The notes under the pieces were generated by a model. That model did not search any database and was not told the DNA's origin. It saw only the letters and a program-made list of their open reading frames with translations. Positions 38,488 through 50,862 of a DNA stretch of 64,000 nucleotides are shown piece after piece. Position 1 is the first letter of the stretch, and every line of letters starts with the position of its first letter. The translations under genes and the position numbers were made by a program. Source of the stretch: Rhina ancylostomus (Eukaryota); assembly GCA_030265395.1 (NCBI GenBank), contig JARFYF010000059.1, positions 12,540,563 to 12,604,562 on the forward strand, written 5' to 3'.

Positions 38488-38782
38488 TGGGTAGCACAGT
38501 GGCACTGCTAGTACTACCACTGCCTCACAGCTCCAGAAACTTGGTTCAACCCTGACCTCCAGTGCTATCTGTGTCGAGGGTGTACGTTCTTTCCCTATGA
38601 CTGTGTGGCCACTGTAAATTGCCCCCAGAGAGAAGGTGAACGAATAGGATCTGGGGAGGAGTTGATAGGAATGTGGGGAGAATAAAATGGGTGAGGATAG
38701 AATTAGTGTAAATGGGGGTTGATGGTCAGTGTGAGCTCGGTTGGTTGAAGGGCCTGTTTCTGTGATGTATGGCTCTGAGACT
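38488..38782 (+). mobile_element. V-SINE copy preceded by a short inverted LINE tail (38447-38487)
   Basis: gcacagtggc...tgcctcacagctccaga..ggttcaaccctgacctccagtgctatctgtg...gaagggcctgtttctgtg. Confidence 0.75.
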
Positions 38783-39615
38783 TCATTTCCTCCCTGTTCT
38801 TGTATTCTGTCCTTCAACTAATAAGAGAAATCATCCTCTGACTGTTGTGCCGAACTGAACCTGTAATTTTTGAATAAAATAATGTACCTTGAAGAGAAAA
38901 AGAGAACCTTGAGGTTAACGTCAAACTAGGTTGCCATGGGGGAAAAGTCCCAGCACAGACTTTCAGAAAGCTGTAGAAAATTTACAATACAGAAAGAGGC
39001 CAATTGTGCCCACACTGGTGAAAAGGCGCTACCACCTTATGGACCCATCTTGCAATATTTAAGGATCTGTGGACTCCAATGTCCTTCTACTCCTTCACAC
39101 TCCTCAGTATCTTCCCATGCCTTGTGTTTTCCCTTTCCCCATTGCACCTGTCCAAATGCATTACTTCACATTTCTGGATTGAATTTAATTTTCCAATCTT
39201 CTGCCCAACTAACCAACCATCTATATCTCCCTGCAGCCTAAATCTTTCCCCCTCGCTGTCAACTGTATTGCTAATTTTATATCACCTGCAAACACCTTTA
39301 TCATGCCCCAGCATTTCAGGCTAGGTCACTAATATATACCCCTGGAAGCAAGGGACTGAGCGTAAATCCTGTGAATCCCCACTGGAAGCAGCCGTCCAGT
39401 TGTAATATCTTGTCAGCCATTACCCTTTGCTTTCTGCACAGAACCCATTTTGGATCCAATTTGCCACTCTCCTCTCGATCCCACGGGCTTTTATTTTTTG
39501 GGCCTGGCTGCCATGTGGACTATACTAAAACATTCACTATTGAGATAGCAGGTATTTGGAGATTAGCAGCACTAGCACCCTTTTGGATCTAGTCTAACTG
39601 AATCTTCAGTTATGT

Positions 39616-40243
39616 CAGAATCAGGTTTATTATCACTGACGTATGGCGTGAAATTTGTTGTTTTGCGGCAACAGTACAGTGCAAGACATAAAAATTACTG
39701 TAAGTTACAAAACTATATAGTACAAAAGTGGAATAATAAGGTAGTGTTCATGGATCGTTCAGAAATCTGATGGCGGAGGGGAAGAAGCTGTTCCTGAAAC
39801 GTTGAGTGTGGGTCTTAAGNNNNNNNNNNNNNNNNNNNNNNNNNNNNNNNNNNNNNNNNNNNNNNNNNNNNNNNNNNNNNNNNNNNNNNNNNNNNNNNNN
39901 NNNNNNNNNNNNNNNNNNNNNNNNNNNNNNNNNNNNNNNNNNNNNNNNNNNNNNNNNNNNNNNNNNNNNNNNNNNNNNNNNNNNNNNNNNNNNNNNNNNN
40001 NNNNNNNNNNNNNNNNNNNNNNNNNNNNNNNNNNNNNNNNNNNNNNNNNNNNNNNNNNNNNNNNNNNNNNNNNNNNNNNNNNNNNNNNNNNNNNNNNNNN
40101 NNNNNNNNNNNNNNNNNNNNNNNNNNNNNNNNNNNNNNNNNNNNNNNNNNNNNNNNNNNNNNNNNNNNNNNNNNNNNNNNNNNNNNNNNNNNNNNNNNNN
40201 NNNNNGAGATGTTGATGCCCAAGAACTTGAAGCTGCTCACCCC
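39616..40243 (-). mobile_element. Rex1/Babar LINE 3' end spanning a gap
   Basis: atcaggtttattatcactgac is the reverse complement of the tail at 12288-12303; minus ORF VSSFKFLGINI. Confidence 0.85.
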
Positions 40244-42042
40244 TACCAATTTCTGTGTAATTGAAAGTGGACAGTAACTCTCCATGTAACGAGTCTGACC
40301 ATGGTATCACCTGGTGTTCACTCAAATGGGTTGCAGGATAGCGATGGGGAAGCATGAAGCCTGGTTGATTTTGTTCTTCAATCTCTTCTCTCCTGAGCTT
40401 TACCCATTCATGCCAATTGGAGACTCTTAATTGATTAGCAGCAGTGTAAACATTATTTGGTACAAACAAATTACACATTTATACAACAAGTGTTGTGCTT
40501 TCTGCCTTAATATGTCATTTCTACAAATAATTCCCCCAAATCTGAAAGGCAGATAAGAAATTGTCTCTTATCCAATCACATTTACCACAGCAGGCATGAG
40601 CTTTTCTCTCTTCCCCAAATAAGAACGCTGTTAAAATAGATCCCTCCTGAATTACCAGAGATTGTTGCTCTTAGAATGAGGTGTGGCAAAAGTGAAGCTT
40701 GCTTAATTCTGTACAACTGCTCATGGAAAGGGGATGATGACTCCAGAAATCCCACCCCTGCAATGGACCTGCAATTGACCAACCTCCATGTGTGCACAAA
40801 ATTCCCAGAGTTGTAATGTTGCAGATTCATACTCAAACATAGCGCTGCTTCATTTGTGGGTCTTAGTTCCAGGAATTTGAATAAATGAAAATTTCCTTTC
40901 ACCTTAATATGCTGTTGCAAGTTTGCTAGGTCTCAGCTTCTTATGGTTTCAGTGAAAAGAGTTTCAAGAACAAGCCAGCTTTTAATCGGGGAGTTAAAGG
41001 AGTGGATTGAGATGAACGAGGACCAGACTAGCCATTCAATGTGTATCGTGATTATAAGATAGTGAGAAGATAGAGACAGAAAAATTAGCCGTTCACTCCC
41101 AAAGCCTGTTCTGCCACCCAATTAGATCACAGCTGATCTGCATTTAGCTTCATTTCTCCTTCTTTACTCCATAACCCTCAACCCTTCCTTCACAAGTCAA
41201 TCCTTCTCAGTCTTGAAAACTTCAGCTATCCTGGCAACCATAAGCTTTTGGGAGTGAGAGTTCCAGATTTGTGCCTTTTGTACAGGAAGACATTCTCTCT
41301 GATTTTTGTCTCTCGGTGAGATCATGTCCTTTGTGCTTCTCTCCTGATCTCCTTTGTTCTTCATTCCACAACTAATTTCAGCATGCTTTCAGCAGCAGTA
41401 CACTTGCAATAGCCATCATTGGTACTACCACACATTGGCCTGAGCTCCCTTGGAGTTCTGCTTTGACTGTGGCAATTCTGGTAATTTTCACCTGTTGAAG
41501 TCATCATAAGCCTCCAAGTTTCAACTTGTTCTTCACCAAAAGTTCTTCTTTGATGAATGAGCTCTCTGAGTGGGCTAAACTGTGAGCATCCATTCACCCC
41601 TCCAGCCCACAGAACAAACTAACAGTGCTCTGCAAACTTTTTCACAGCGCCTTCTATTTCAATGCTACACCAGTACTTTCTACTAGTGTTGTTTCTAAAA
41701 CGTCAGTATCTCAGTGTCTCATGGGATCCCAACATAGATCAGTTGCTGTTACTGTCAACCGAACCAAACAGTCGTGCATTTACAGCTTGCTCCAGGAGTT
41801 GACTATGACATTTAGGCTGATGTTTTAATGTTATTTTAGGTAAGATGTTAAGTAAGTCCCACCTGTCCCTTCTGCTGATTTAAGTGGATCTTAAATTTTC
41901 TGTGGTGTAATTCAAAGAAAAGGATGATTTCTCAGTATCATGCAACAACCTAAACTGCCTAAACTCAATTAATGGGTTATTTGTATCATTGATATTTATG
42001 ATTTCTGCATCTGCTGACATAACAATGAGTATACTTTAATTG

Positions 42043-42355
42043 AGTCATAGTCAGACAGCATGGAGACAGGCCCTTTGGCCATCAGCAATCATCCATTTAC
42101 TCTAAGCCTCCACTGATCCCATTTTATTCTCCCCATATTCCCATCAACTCCTCCCAGATTCTACCACTCACTGACATACTAGGGGCAACTTACAGTGGCC
42201 AGTTAACCTGCCATCCTGCACGTTTTGGAATATGGGAGGAAGCACTTGGATGAAACATGTGTGGTCACAGGGGGACGTGCAAACTCCGCAGAGATCAGGA
42301 TTGAACCTGGGTCGCTGGAGGTGTGAGGTGGTGGCTCCACTAACTCTGCCACTCT
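42043..42355 (-). mobile_element. V-SINE copy
   Basis: Reverse complement reads gtggcagagttagtggagccacc...gacccaggttcaatcctgatctc...; CR1-like tail gaaacaggcccttt variant at 42060-42080. Confidence 0.8.
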
Positions 42356-45300
42356 GACTCTCAAGTTAGTAACAAACTGCTCTAACATGAAGCGGTTCTG
42401 TATCAGTGCAAGTCTTTTGTTGCTCTGAAGCAGCTGATTGACATTCTCTAGACAAGTCCTGAGGTCCAACACATATTAAAGCTTAGGTAAATATCCATTT
42501 GATAATCCGAAGTGGTGAAGCTTTAGTGCGGGGAAGCTCATGTGGGCAGTAGGTAAGGCTCACTGGGCTGACAGACATTCAAGGAGCAACTTGTTTCAAG
42601 TGCTTTCATCTGTTTATTTGCTTAATGCTGGAGGTCAAGGCCCAGCATTATAATCGTTGACTGTTGTGTCTCATCTGAACATTTGTACCAATTAGTTTCT
42701 GATAACATGCTGTCTTCATTCCAAGTCCCAAGAGCAACATTGCAAGATTCTGCTAAGCTTAATCGTGGTAGTGATTTCCAACTTCATTAAAATTGCAATA
42801 CGGGCCTTTGAGATATTGAGAAAGATGTAAAATCTTAGATCTTCCCCACCCTGCACCAAGTATAAACTCTCTGATTACAGATGGACTCTTCAATCTGTGA
42901 AAGTGCTTGACCCCTTTAAACTGATATCGATCCTTGTTTGTGGGCCCTGGGGGAGTTTGAAAATTCCTTTGAAAAAAATCTGCTTAAGAAGCTGATAAGT
43001 GAAGCATTTGTCTTTCATGTATCAGCATCAGCAACAGGTAGTCCACACTGGGAATAGCACAGGGTTAGGCACACAATCAAACCCCACCAGTGTATAACTC
43101 CCAAACTGAGGTGACCAGGCCCTGCTGCATCATGGTGCCAGTTTTCCAGCCCTCTGGGCTAATTCAGTGTTGACTGAAAGTGGTTCTGAGCTTTAGTGCA
43201 TCAAACTCAGAAAGAACTCCACTGCTGGCACACAAATGGAACTCACACTGTGGAATTTAACTTTGGCCTGAGGTTTCCTGGTTGTTAAACTAGAGATGGG
43301 TAACATTTGCTTCCAATGAACAGCAGCAGAGTAGAGAATTTTTAACCTCCTTCCACCCAGCACAAGAGACTATCATCCTGTCACTCAGTCTGAGCTGATT
43401 TGACTTCATTTGCCATGCTAATTTGCACAGCCTCAATGCCTTCCCTGCATCCAATCCTTGTGAACCTTGTATCATTTTACACATTTCAGTCAGATCAGCA
43501 CCGGCATTCTTATATATGAAGGCATACAAGCCAGGTTAATCCTTTCTTTTACCACAGTTTTTTATCTTAAATGTGCATTCTAGTTACTGGAACAGCTAGA
43601 TGGAATTTCAGTTTAACATCTTGTCCAGACATAGCACCTTTTACAATATTGCATTATCGTCTCAAATCCACAACATGAAAGGGCAGCGAAGCAGATTCAG
43701 GAGGGAAATGGACTTAGACCTGAAGAGGGGAAATTTGCAGGGCTCCAGCACGAGAGCAGCAGAGTGGAAATAACTGAACAACTCTTCATTTCCAAAGTTT
43801 GCAGGCAGACTTAGCCATCACTGTCACTGACCGCTCGTTCTTATGAACCAATGTCCCTGGCTGAGGTGTTACACACCTGCCGAGCAGAGGTTTTGACGAA
43901 CCCAATCCAGCATCATGCAGAAATGACTGTGGTAAAAGAAAGGATTAACCTGATTATTGAGAGGAATTAATCAAGTAGCTAATAGAAAGCTGCTTTTTGG
44001 TCGAATCTGGATGTGAACTGGGATCAACAGTTCATGAACAAAGCATAATTAAGCCTTGATTCTTCTGCTCTCAATTTTTTGATTTTAGTTTTTCAGTTTT
44101 TGTTCAGCAAAATCAGGCATTTTATTTAAAAATATTGTCAAGAGATGCTTAAACCTTCAGTCCCTACAAAGCACAACTAAATCAAATCTGTAATAACAAC
44201 TACAGACCAGTTCAGGCTTTACCTCACTTCATTTCCCTTCCGTGATCACTCGTACCCTTGTCTCTTGCCCCACTTTTACTCATGTGGCCTTCCTCACACA
44301 GAGCTGATCGGTACATCACAAGCAAACTGGGTTGGGCCATGATCTGTATGACTATCCTGGAAGTCATGCACGTTCTTCGAAAGCAAAATGTTAATTCTGC
44401 ATGGTGGACGTTCATTGGCAGTCAGGGGTTTTATCAGTAGCGGAAAAAGAACTGACTTTCTTGGCCATCAATTGATGACTTGGCTACTCTATATTTCCCC
44501 CAGTATGAAACTGAGGATTAAACCTGGGGGATGTTGGAGAGAATAAAATGGGATGAGTGTAGGATCAGTGTACATGGGTGCAGATTCAGTACGTTGAAGG
44601 GTACTTGGTTCTATGACTCTATATTAATCTGCTGCTGCTACAATAAATCGGACGTTAGTAATGGTCAGCTGGCATCTAGGTAAAATACGTTATTTACCTT
44701 CAGAGGGAGTTTCAGAATCATTAGTACAGGGAGCTGAATAGGCTCGTTCTGGTTTCCCAATGTGCCTCATGATATAGACTCAGAGTAAGGCTGTCTTTCT
44801 GTTTTCTCCTGACGACCATGAAGGTCTTGACTTTTCAGGATAACATTCAATTGGTCTGCAGTTCATCACTCTCAAGGTCAGCCTTCATAGGTGGTATTTT
44901 TTTCCTTGACAGTGGATGGCATCCCAATCAAGCATGTTCCTTCCCCTGCCCGATCAGTCCTGAACATACTGTCCTGCCATACAGTATCTCCCACTCCTAC
45001 TCAATAGGTCCATGCTGAATTTTGTCTCTCAAAGTATNNNNNNNNNNNNNNNNNNNNNNNNNNNNNNNNNNNNNNNNNNNCTGTCAACAGCCCAAGCTCC
45101 AGCACAAGTCTTCTGCTTTTCCAGTGCTAGCACTCCACCTTTACACTAACTGGCCGAGGAACACCGAATTCTTGAGCAAACCAATAAGTTGAATCCGACT
45201 GTTAAATTCTGAGACTTCCACAGATCTGAGCCCATGAGCTGAAGCTCTAGCAGGGAAAGGTTTGGGTTTAACAGCAGGGGCTGGTTATTGCATGGGGAAA

Positions 45301-48300
45301 CTTTGCCCAGGGAAGTGGTGGAGGAAAATGATGTCAAATCAGTTCTAGGAGAATCATTACATTATCTTAGTTGTGGGTTGACCAGTGCTTTTTGTGACCT
45401 GCAGAAAGTTTAACCTTGTTGTAGACCCTTCTTTGTAAGATATGTGTGGAAGTTACACACACTCATCCTGGTTGAACTAAAGCAAAGAGTCTTGGCTAAT
45501 CAACAACCCTGGTGGCAGGGCCTCTGAGCAAAGAGCCTGAATCCTGTAGTCAAATGGCATTTAGTGGCCTTCACTCTGAGGTTGGGTAGTGATTGGAGCA
45601 GTGGTGAGAAAGTCTTGGGGGAAATTCCTAGTCTAGATCTCTTCTGAAATAGAAGGCATGTATGGCTATGGGGTAGATGTGGAGGCAGGGACGGACTCCA
45701 GGGTAAAAAAAAATCCAAAATTGTCAGTCGGTTAGACTGTTCTTTTGACATTACTCAGTGTCTATCCCACAATATGGCCTAGTTAGGGGATATCAGAGAC
45801 TTAAATTGGGTTTGATTAATAAACTGGGACAAATGCATCAGACCAAACCCCCTGTGTTGACTGCCTTTGTTTTGTCCCAGTTTCACTGCTGTAAAGACCC
45901 AGTCATATATTTTCTAATTTACTGGTATGGAACTAACAGTTCTGAGCAATCCTAAGCTTCCAAAGTTTGCACACCAATCATATGAAGATCAGAAAGCCAT
46001 CATAACTTCAATACACCTCAAGAGCAGGATGAGCTTTCTCTAATCATCAGTGCGTCACATTCAACAGCTTTACTTAAGGTACCAAAGCTGGGCACAGGGC
46101 TTTCTCAGGATTGACCTGATTTATATTTATTTCAAGCCTGCAGATCTAAGCAAGGAAACAAGTTTTATTTCCAGCCATGTTGTACTAGTCTCCTGACGAG
46201 GCCAGCCTCAGGCGAGGTACAAACAACAGATGATGGAAACCTGGTCAGGACAGTGTAGCTGCCCATTGCCCTGGGCTCTTGTATCATTAGTGCTTTAGCC
46301 GTCAGTAGAATGTTACAACAGAACACCGTAGTCAAAGGTCTCTCACACTGCTCAATGCAGCAACTGTTGTGTTGTTAGATCTTTCTGCATTTTTAAAAAA
46401 AGAGTCCATCTGAAAATTGTAGCTTAAAATCAATAAAAGAATTAATTTATGGAAAATTTTGACAATTCATTCTTGTTGGACTGATGAGCTTTTTTTGCAA
46501 AAGATAAAACATTCCATGTTCCCCAGATGTGCGTCTACTTACCTTCCATCGTGTTGTGTTTCTGTTCACTACTTTTTAAAGTCTCTTCAGCGCTAATAAT
46601 TGCACTTTGTGTGTGTGTCAAGGACCTTTCACACCATCCCCTTATCACAGCTCATTGCTTCTAACCCATCCTAAACTCTATCTGTGTTGGGAAAATTGTC
46701 ATGTTATCCAAGGGAACACACTTCCTGCTTGGTGGCTGGTAAGTCTCTTTTACTCCACGTGTCATGTTCCAAAATGATTCTAACCTATTTACAAGTGCAA
46801 TTACAGGCTTGTTAATCTTAGCTTTATTTCACAGTTCATTGTTGCCATTTGAAATAAGACCTGAAAAATTTTGGAGTACACAGATCAGGCAATTTCTCCA
46901 TAGAGAAAGTTAATATCTCAGTTCAGTAACTTTTCATCAGAGTTATTCATCAGATCTAAAGCTCCATCTCTATTTCTTTCCCCAGAGATGCTGCCTGACC
47001 TGCTGGATATTTCCAGCATCCTCCGCTTTTATTCCCAGCATCTACAGCTTTTGTTATTATTATCGGCATCTGTTTTGGGAATCATTGGTCAAAGTGATTA
47101 CATGTTGCCTGCTTTTTCTAATCTCCAATTCCAGTGATTTTATATTTTTCTCTGTGTTATGTAAATCATATACAGCCAGCTGCAAATTAGAAAGCAGTTG
47201 CTGGCCTTGGCCATTTTCCCTTTCTGATAACGTTTGAGCTGTCTGCTGAGGTCCATAATGACTACTATTCATCATCTAGACAAACACCTCACCTTGCCTT
47301 TTGTTTTAATGCTTCCTCATTTAAAGCTCCTTACTTGGCTCAATGAGTTTATCCATCGAGTTGCTGAGACCTGTAGACTCAGACTCAGATCCCAGATCTG
47401 TACTCTGTTAACTCATTAAAGCTGAGGTAGCAGTAGAAAATCAAATAGTTGCCACCAGCATCACAGCCTGGGTTAGAAAGGAGAAATCAAACCAAAGTTT
47501 GCCACTGAAAATCTTAGATAGATTGACCAAGAATAAAGGTGTTTCCTCTTGCTGTACAGTACGCCAAGCAGCTCACAAATTGCACAGTATAACCCAAAAG
47601 TTGCAGGATAGAAATAGGTCATTCAGCCCAATAGATGTGTGTAAGGGTTCCTCCAAGCACGCCTCGTCTCACCCTGTCAACATTTTATTCGATCACTTTC
47701 TCTCATATCCAGCTTCTCCTCAACTGCAGATATGCATTTCACATTCACCACATCTTGTGGCATCAAATTCAACATCTCACCACTGCCTCAGTGAAAATGT
47801 TTTTCCTGAATTCTTTGTAACTGAGATATTTCATAGCCCCTAATTTTGAATGCTAGGTTCTCAACAAGCACATCATTGAATCATTTTAAAGACTTACATT
47901 AGTTAAACTACCAGCCTTCTGCTTCCTAGAGCAAAAAAAAGTTTTATTCCTTTTTAATCTTTCCTGATGATTGTACACCTCTCTGCACGCATAATCCTCA
48001 TTACATTTTATTTCCAAAGGGTCAGTCTCACCCAGCAGTATCTCTCCTGATAAAACAGTCAATCTTTTTGTGAATTAATTTACAGAGGGAAAGTAATTCA
48101 CAAAATATTCAAAAATAAAAGTTAGTGTTTGACTGTTGCCTCATCTCTCCCACTGACTCAATGGAAACTCCTTTTGGATGAACTTTGTAATACCAATTGC
48201 AGTGCTGTGGTACATTGGAAAGGAGTCGGCCCATGTGTCAATGGCTCCCATTCCTTGATGGTATGACTGTCTCAGAGCTCCCAGTGAGGTTGGTGAGGTG

Positions 48301-49069
48301 CTGAGCTTCCCCAGCCTGTCCTTTGTATCAGATCTCATGTAGATCAGTGAACTCATCCAAATCAACCAAGATCTTGAGATGGAGAAGCAGTGAAGCTAAG
48401 GCCCATTCTCTCACCATTCCACAGATGAAGAAAAGCCGTAAATATTTATTGGTAGGTAGTAACTATATCCCAAACCATGCCAGGTTTCCAAGTTTCCCTT
48501 TTCATAAGGTGTTCACATTTTATTGGAGCATCAAGTTGGAGTGGTAGATCAAAGTTTCTCGACATGAGTTCCTCATACCACTATGGCTTTGCAAAGATAT
48601 TGGACAGAAGCAGGGAGCAGACGTAGGAAATGAGAGGAAGATAATTCAGGTTCTGCACAAAATTGTTTCCAATCAGTAGGCATTAGTAGCATTAATGGAA
48701 CAATCGTCTCTTCAACCATTGGTGCAGATAACTTCATTCATTGCATCTCCCATTGATGGATCATGCTCCTGGGATCAGGATTTCAAATAAGCAATTGGCA
48801 CGTTCTGAGAATCACCACTGCTCTAATCTAAGTGAGTCTACCAGTTTGCTTTCAGTGATCCTACAGTACCAGACATGCTCAACAACAAGGATGTGTTCCT
48901 GTCTTCCAAGCATTGTTGTATCCAGCTGCAGGGCAACCATCTGATTAATTAGACCCAGTCCATTAATATGAGCTTTGAAAGAAACTGAGCTGGTTCTTAA
49001 AAGACTCACCTCAAGGATACATATCCCACTGCCACTTACTGTCCCGAGTCATGCATGAGGAATCACAGA

Positions 49070-49770
49070 AAATTGACCACACAGAAAGGGGTTATTTAGC
49101 TGTACTGGTCACGAAGGTACTATTCAGGCTAATTCCACCTTCCAGCCCTGGATCCATAGCCCTGCAGGTCACATGTCTTCACGTACATGTCCACTTTTTA
49201 TATGCGATCAGAGTTTCAGATTCTTTGACAAAGAAACAAGCATCAAGGTGCATTGTCAGAGAAAAGTCTTACACTTTTGCTAAGGGGCTAATACGAGTTC
49301 CAGACTCCCACAGTGCTCTTGGTTTAAAAAAAAATTTTCCTCATTTCCCCTCCGATCCTTCTCCCTTTAAATCTACATCCCCAAGTTTGATACCTCAGTA
49401 AGTGAAACAGGTCCTTCATTTTTAGTCTATCTAGCCCCTTCATAATTTTACACACCTCAATTAAGTCCCTTTGTTCCAAGGAAAGCAACTAATCTATCCT
49501 CCTGACTACAATTTTCCAATCTGACAACATTCTTTCTTATCTCCTCTGAACCCTCTCCAGTGCAACCACATCTTTCCTGTAATGTGGAGGCCAGAACCAT
49601 ACATGATGCTTAACATATGTGACCTGATAAATTTGTATACAATTCTGGAATAACCTCCCTACTCTTGCATTCTGTGCTTCAGCTAATAAAGGAAAGTATC
49701 CTGTATGGCTTTTTAACCACCTCATCAACCTACCCCACTACCCTAAAGGATCCATAGATGACAATACAAG
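49070..49770 (-). mobile_element. Decayed CR1 LINE 3' part
   Basis: Minus ORF VWFWPPHYRKDVVALERVQRR. Confidence 0.8.
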
Positions 49771-50668
49771 ATCCTTCTCTTCATCCATGCTTTTTCATAC
49801 AAGGACATCGATGAGAGTTTCAGCAGATGTTGGGGTGAATTAGATATGGAATATTGGAGGAATAACTTGGGATTGAGAGCTCCAGTCAGGGTCAAATAGG
49901 TTGCAAACAGTCAGGGACTGTCTGTGACAGAGGCCTTCAGTGGAAGGGATAGGGATCATGGTTGGTGAAGAAGATAACATCTGGATTTTCCAATCGGAAC
50001 ATCACTGAACTGTGGGAAGTCTGTCCACTAAGAACCAGCACATTCTGGGGCATGAATTTCTTTTTCCTGTCATTAATTGTTGTCAGGCACCTTCAGTCGA
50101 GGGACTGTGCCATTCCACAGCTGGGAGATCATCAAACTGGCTGGGCAGTCAGACTGAAAAATGCAGACAGCAAATCAGGAATTAAAGTATCTCCAACTTT
50201 ATAAACATTTTACAGAGAACAATGTTAGATTGGAATATATGCATTGATTAAGGTGGAATCTGAAAGGTAAATAAACTTTTAAAACTAATAAAAAAATTTT
50301 AGATATATAACATTTTGAAATAATTATTCCTGTAAGAATCAACTCCACATGTAAAATGTAGTTTTTCAGTTTCAGAGAACGATCCTCGGCAGTAATTATG
50401 GCGTTAAAAGCTCAGTTACAACTCTTTTAATAAGGTGTAACATTGTTCCAGGGTTTTACAGCGAGAATAAGAATGAACAATTGAAGTTCATGTCAAGTTT
50501 GGTGATTTTGTGTTGATTGCATCAGTGAAGGCAGTAACAGTGCACACTGCAGAGGAATAGCAACCACTGGACTTTCATGTTTGATTGCACGTGGATGTCA
50601 GTTTCAAAAAGTAATGAGATGGAATGCTGACAGTTTTCCCTTCATCACAAGCATAACTTTGAGCTTTT

Positions 50669-50862
50669 GTGCAATGCACACAAAATGCTGGAGGAGCTCA
50701 GCAGGTCAGGCAGCATCTGTGGAGGGAAATGAACAGTCAATGTTTCGAGCCAAGGCCCTTCGTCAGGACTTCCCTCCATAGATGCTGCCTGACCTGTGGA
50801 GTTCCACCAACATTTCTTGTGTGTTGCTCCAGATTTTCAGCATTTGCAGGCTCTCTGTGTCT
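50669..50862. mobile_element. Penelope-associated inverted-repeat mini-element enclosing a hammerhead motif
   Basis: Arms cacacaaaatgctggaggagctcagcaggtcaggcagcatctgtggaggga and tccctccatagatgctgcctgacctg..gagttccacca.catt are reverse complements. The same sequence ends the Penelope fragment at 58970-59028. Confidence 0.8.
50734..50770 (-). ncRNA. Minimal type I hammerhead ribozyme motif (Penelope type)
   Basis: Minus strand AGTC-CTGACGA-A-GGGCC TT GGCTC-GAAAC-ATT-GACTG: stem I AGTC/GACT, CUGANGA and GAAA core intact, stem II present; stem III has ACAT in place of the usual ACGT palindrome. Confidence 0.65.

Noticed and set aside
46183-46246. ctgacgag...gaaac as another hammerhead
   Set aside because: No convincing stem II closing onto GAAA and no Penelope tail nearby.
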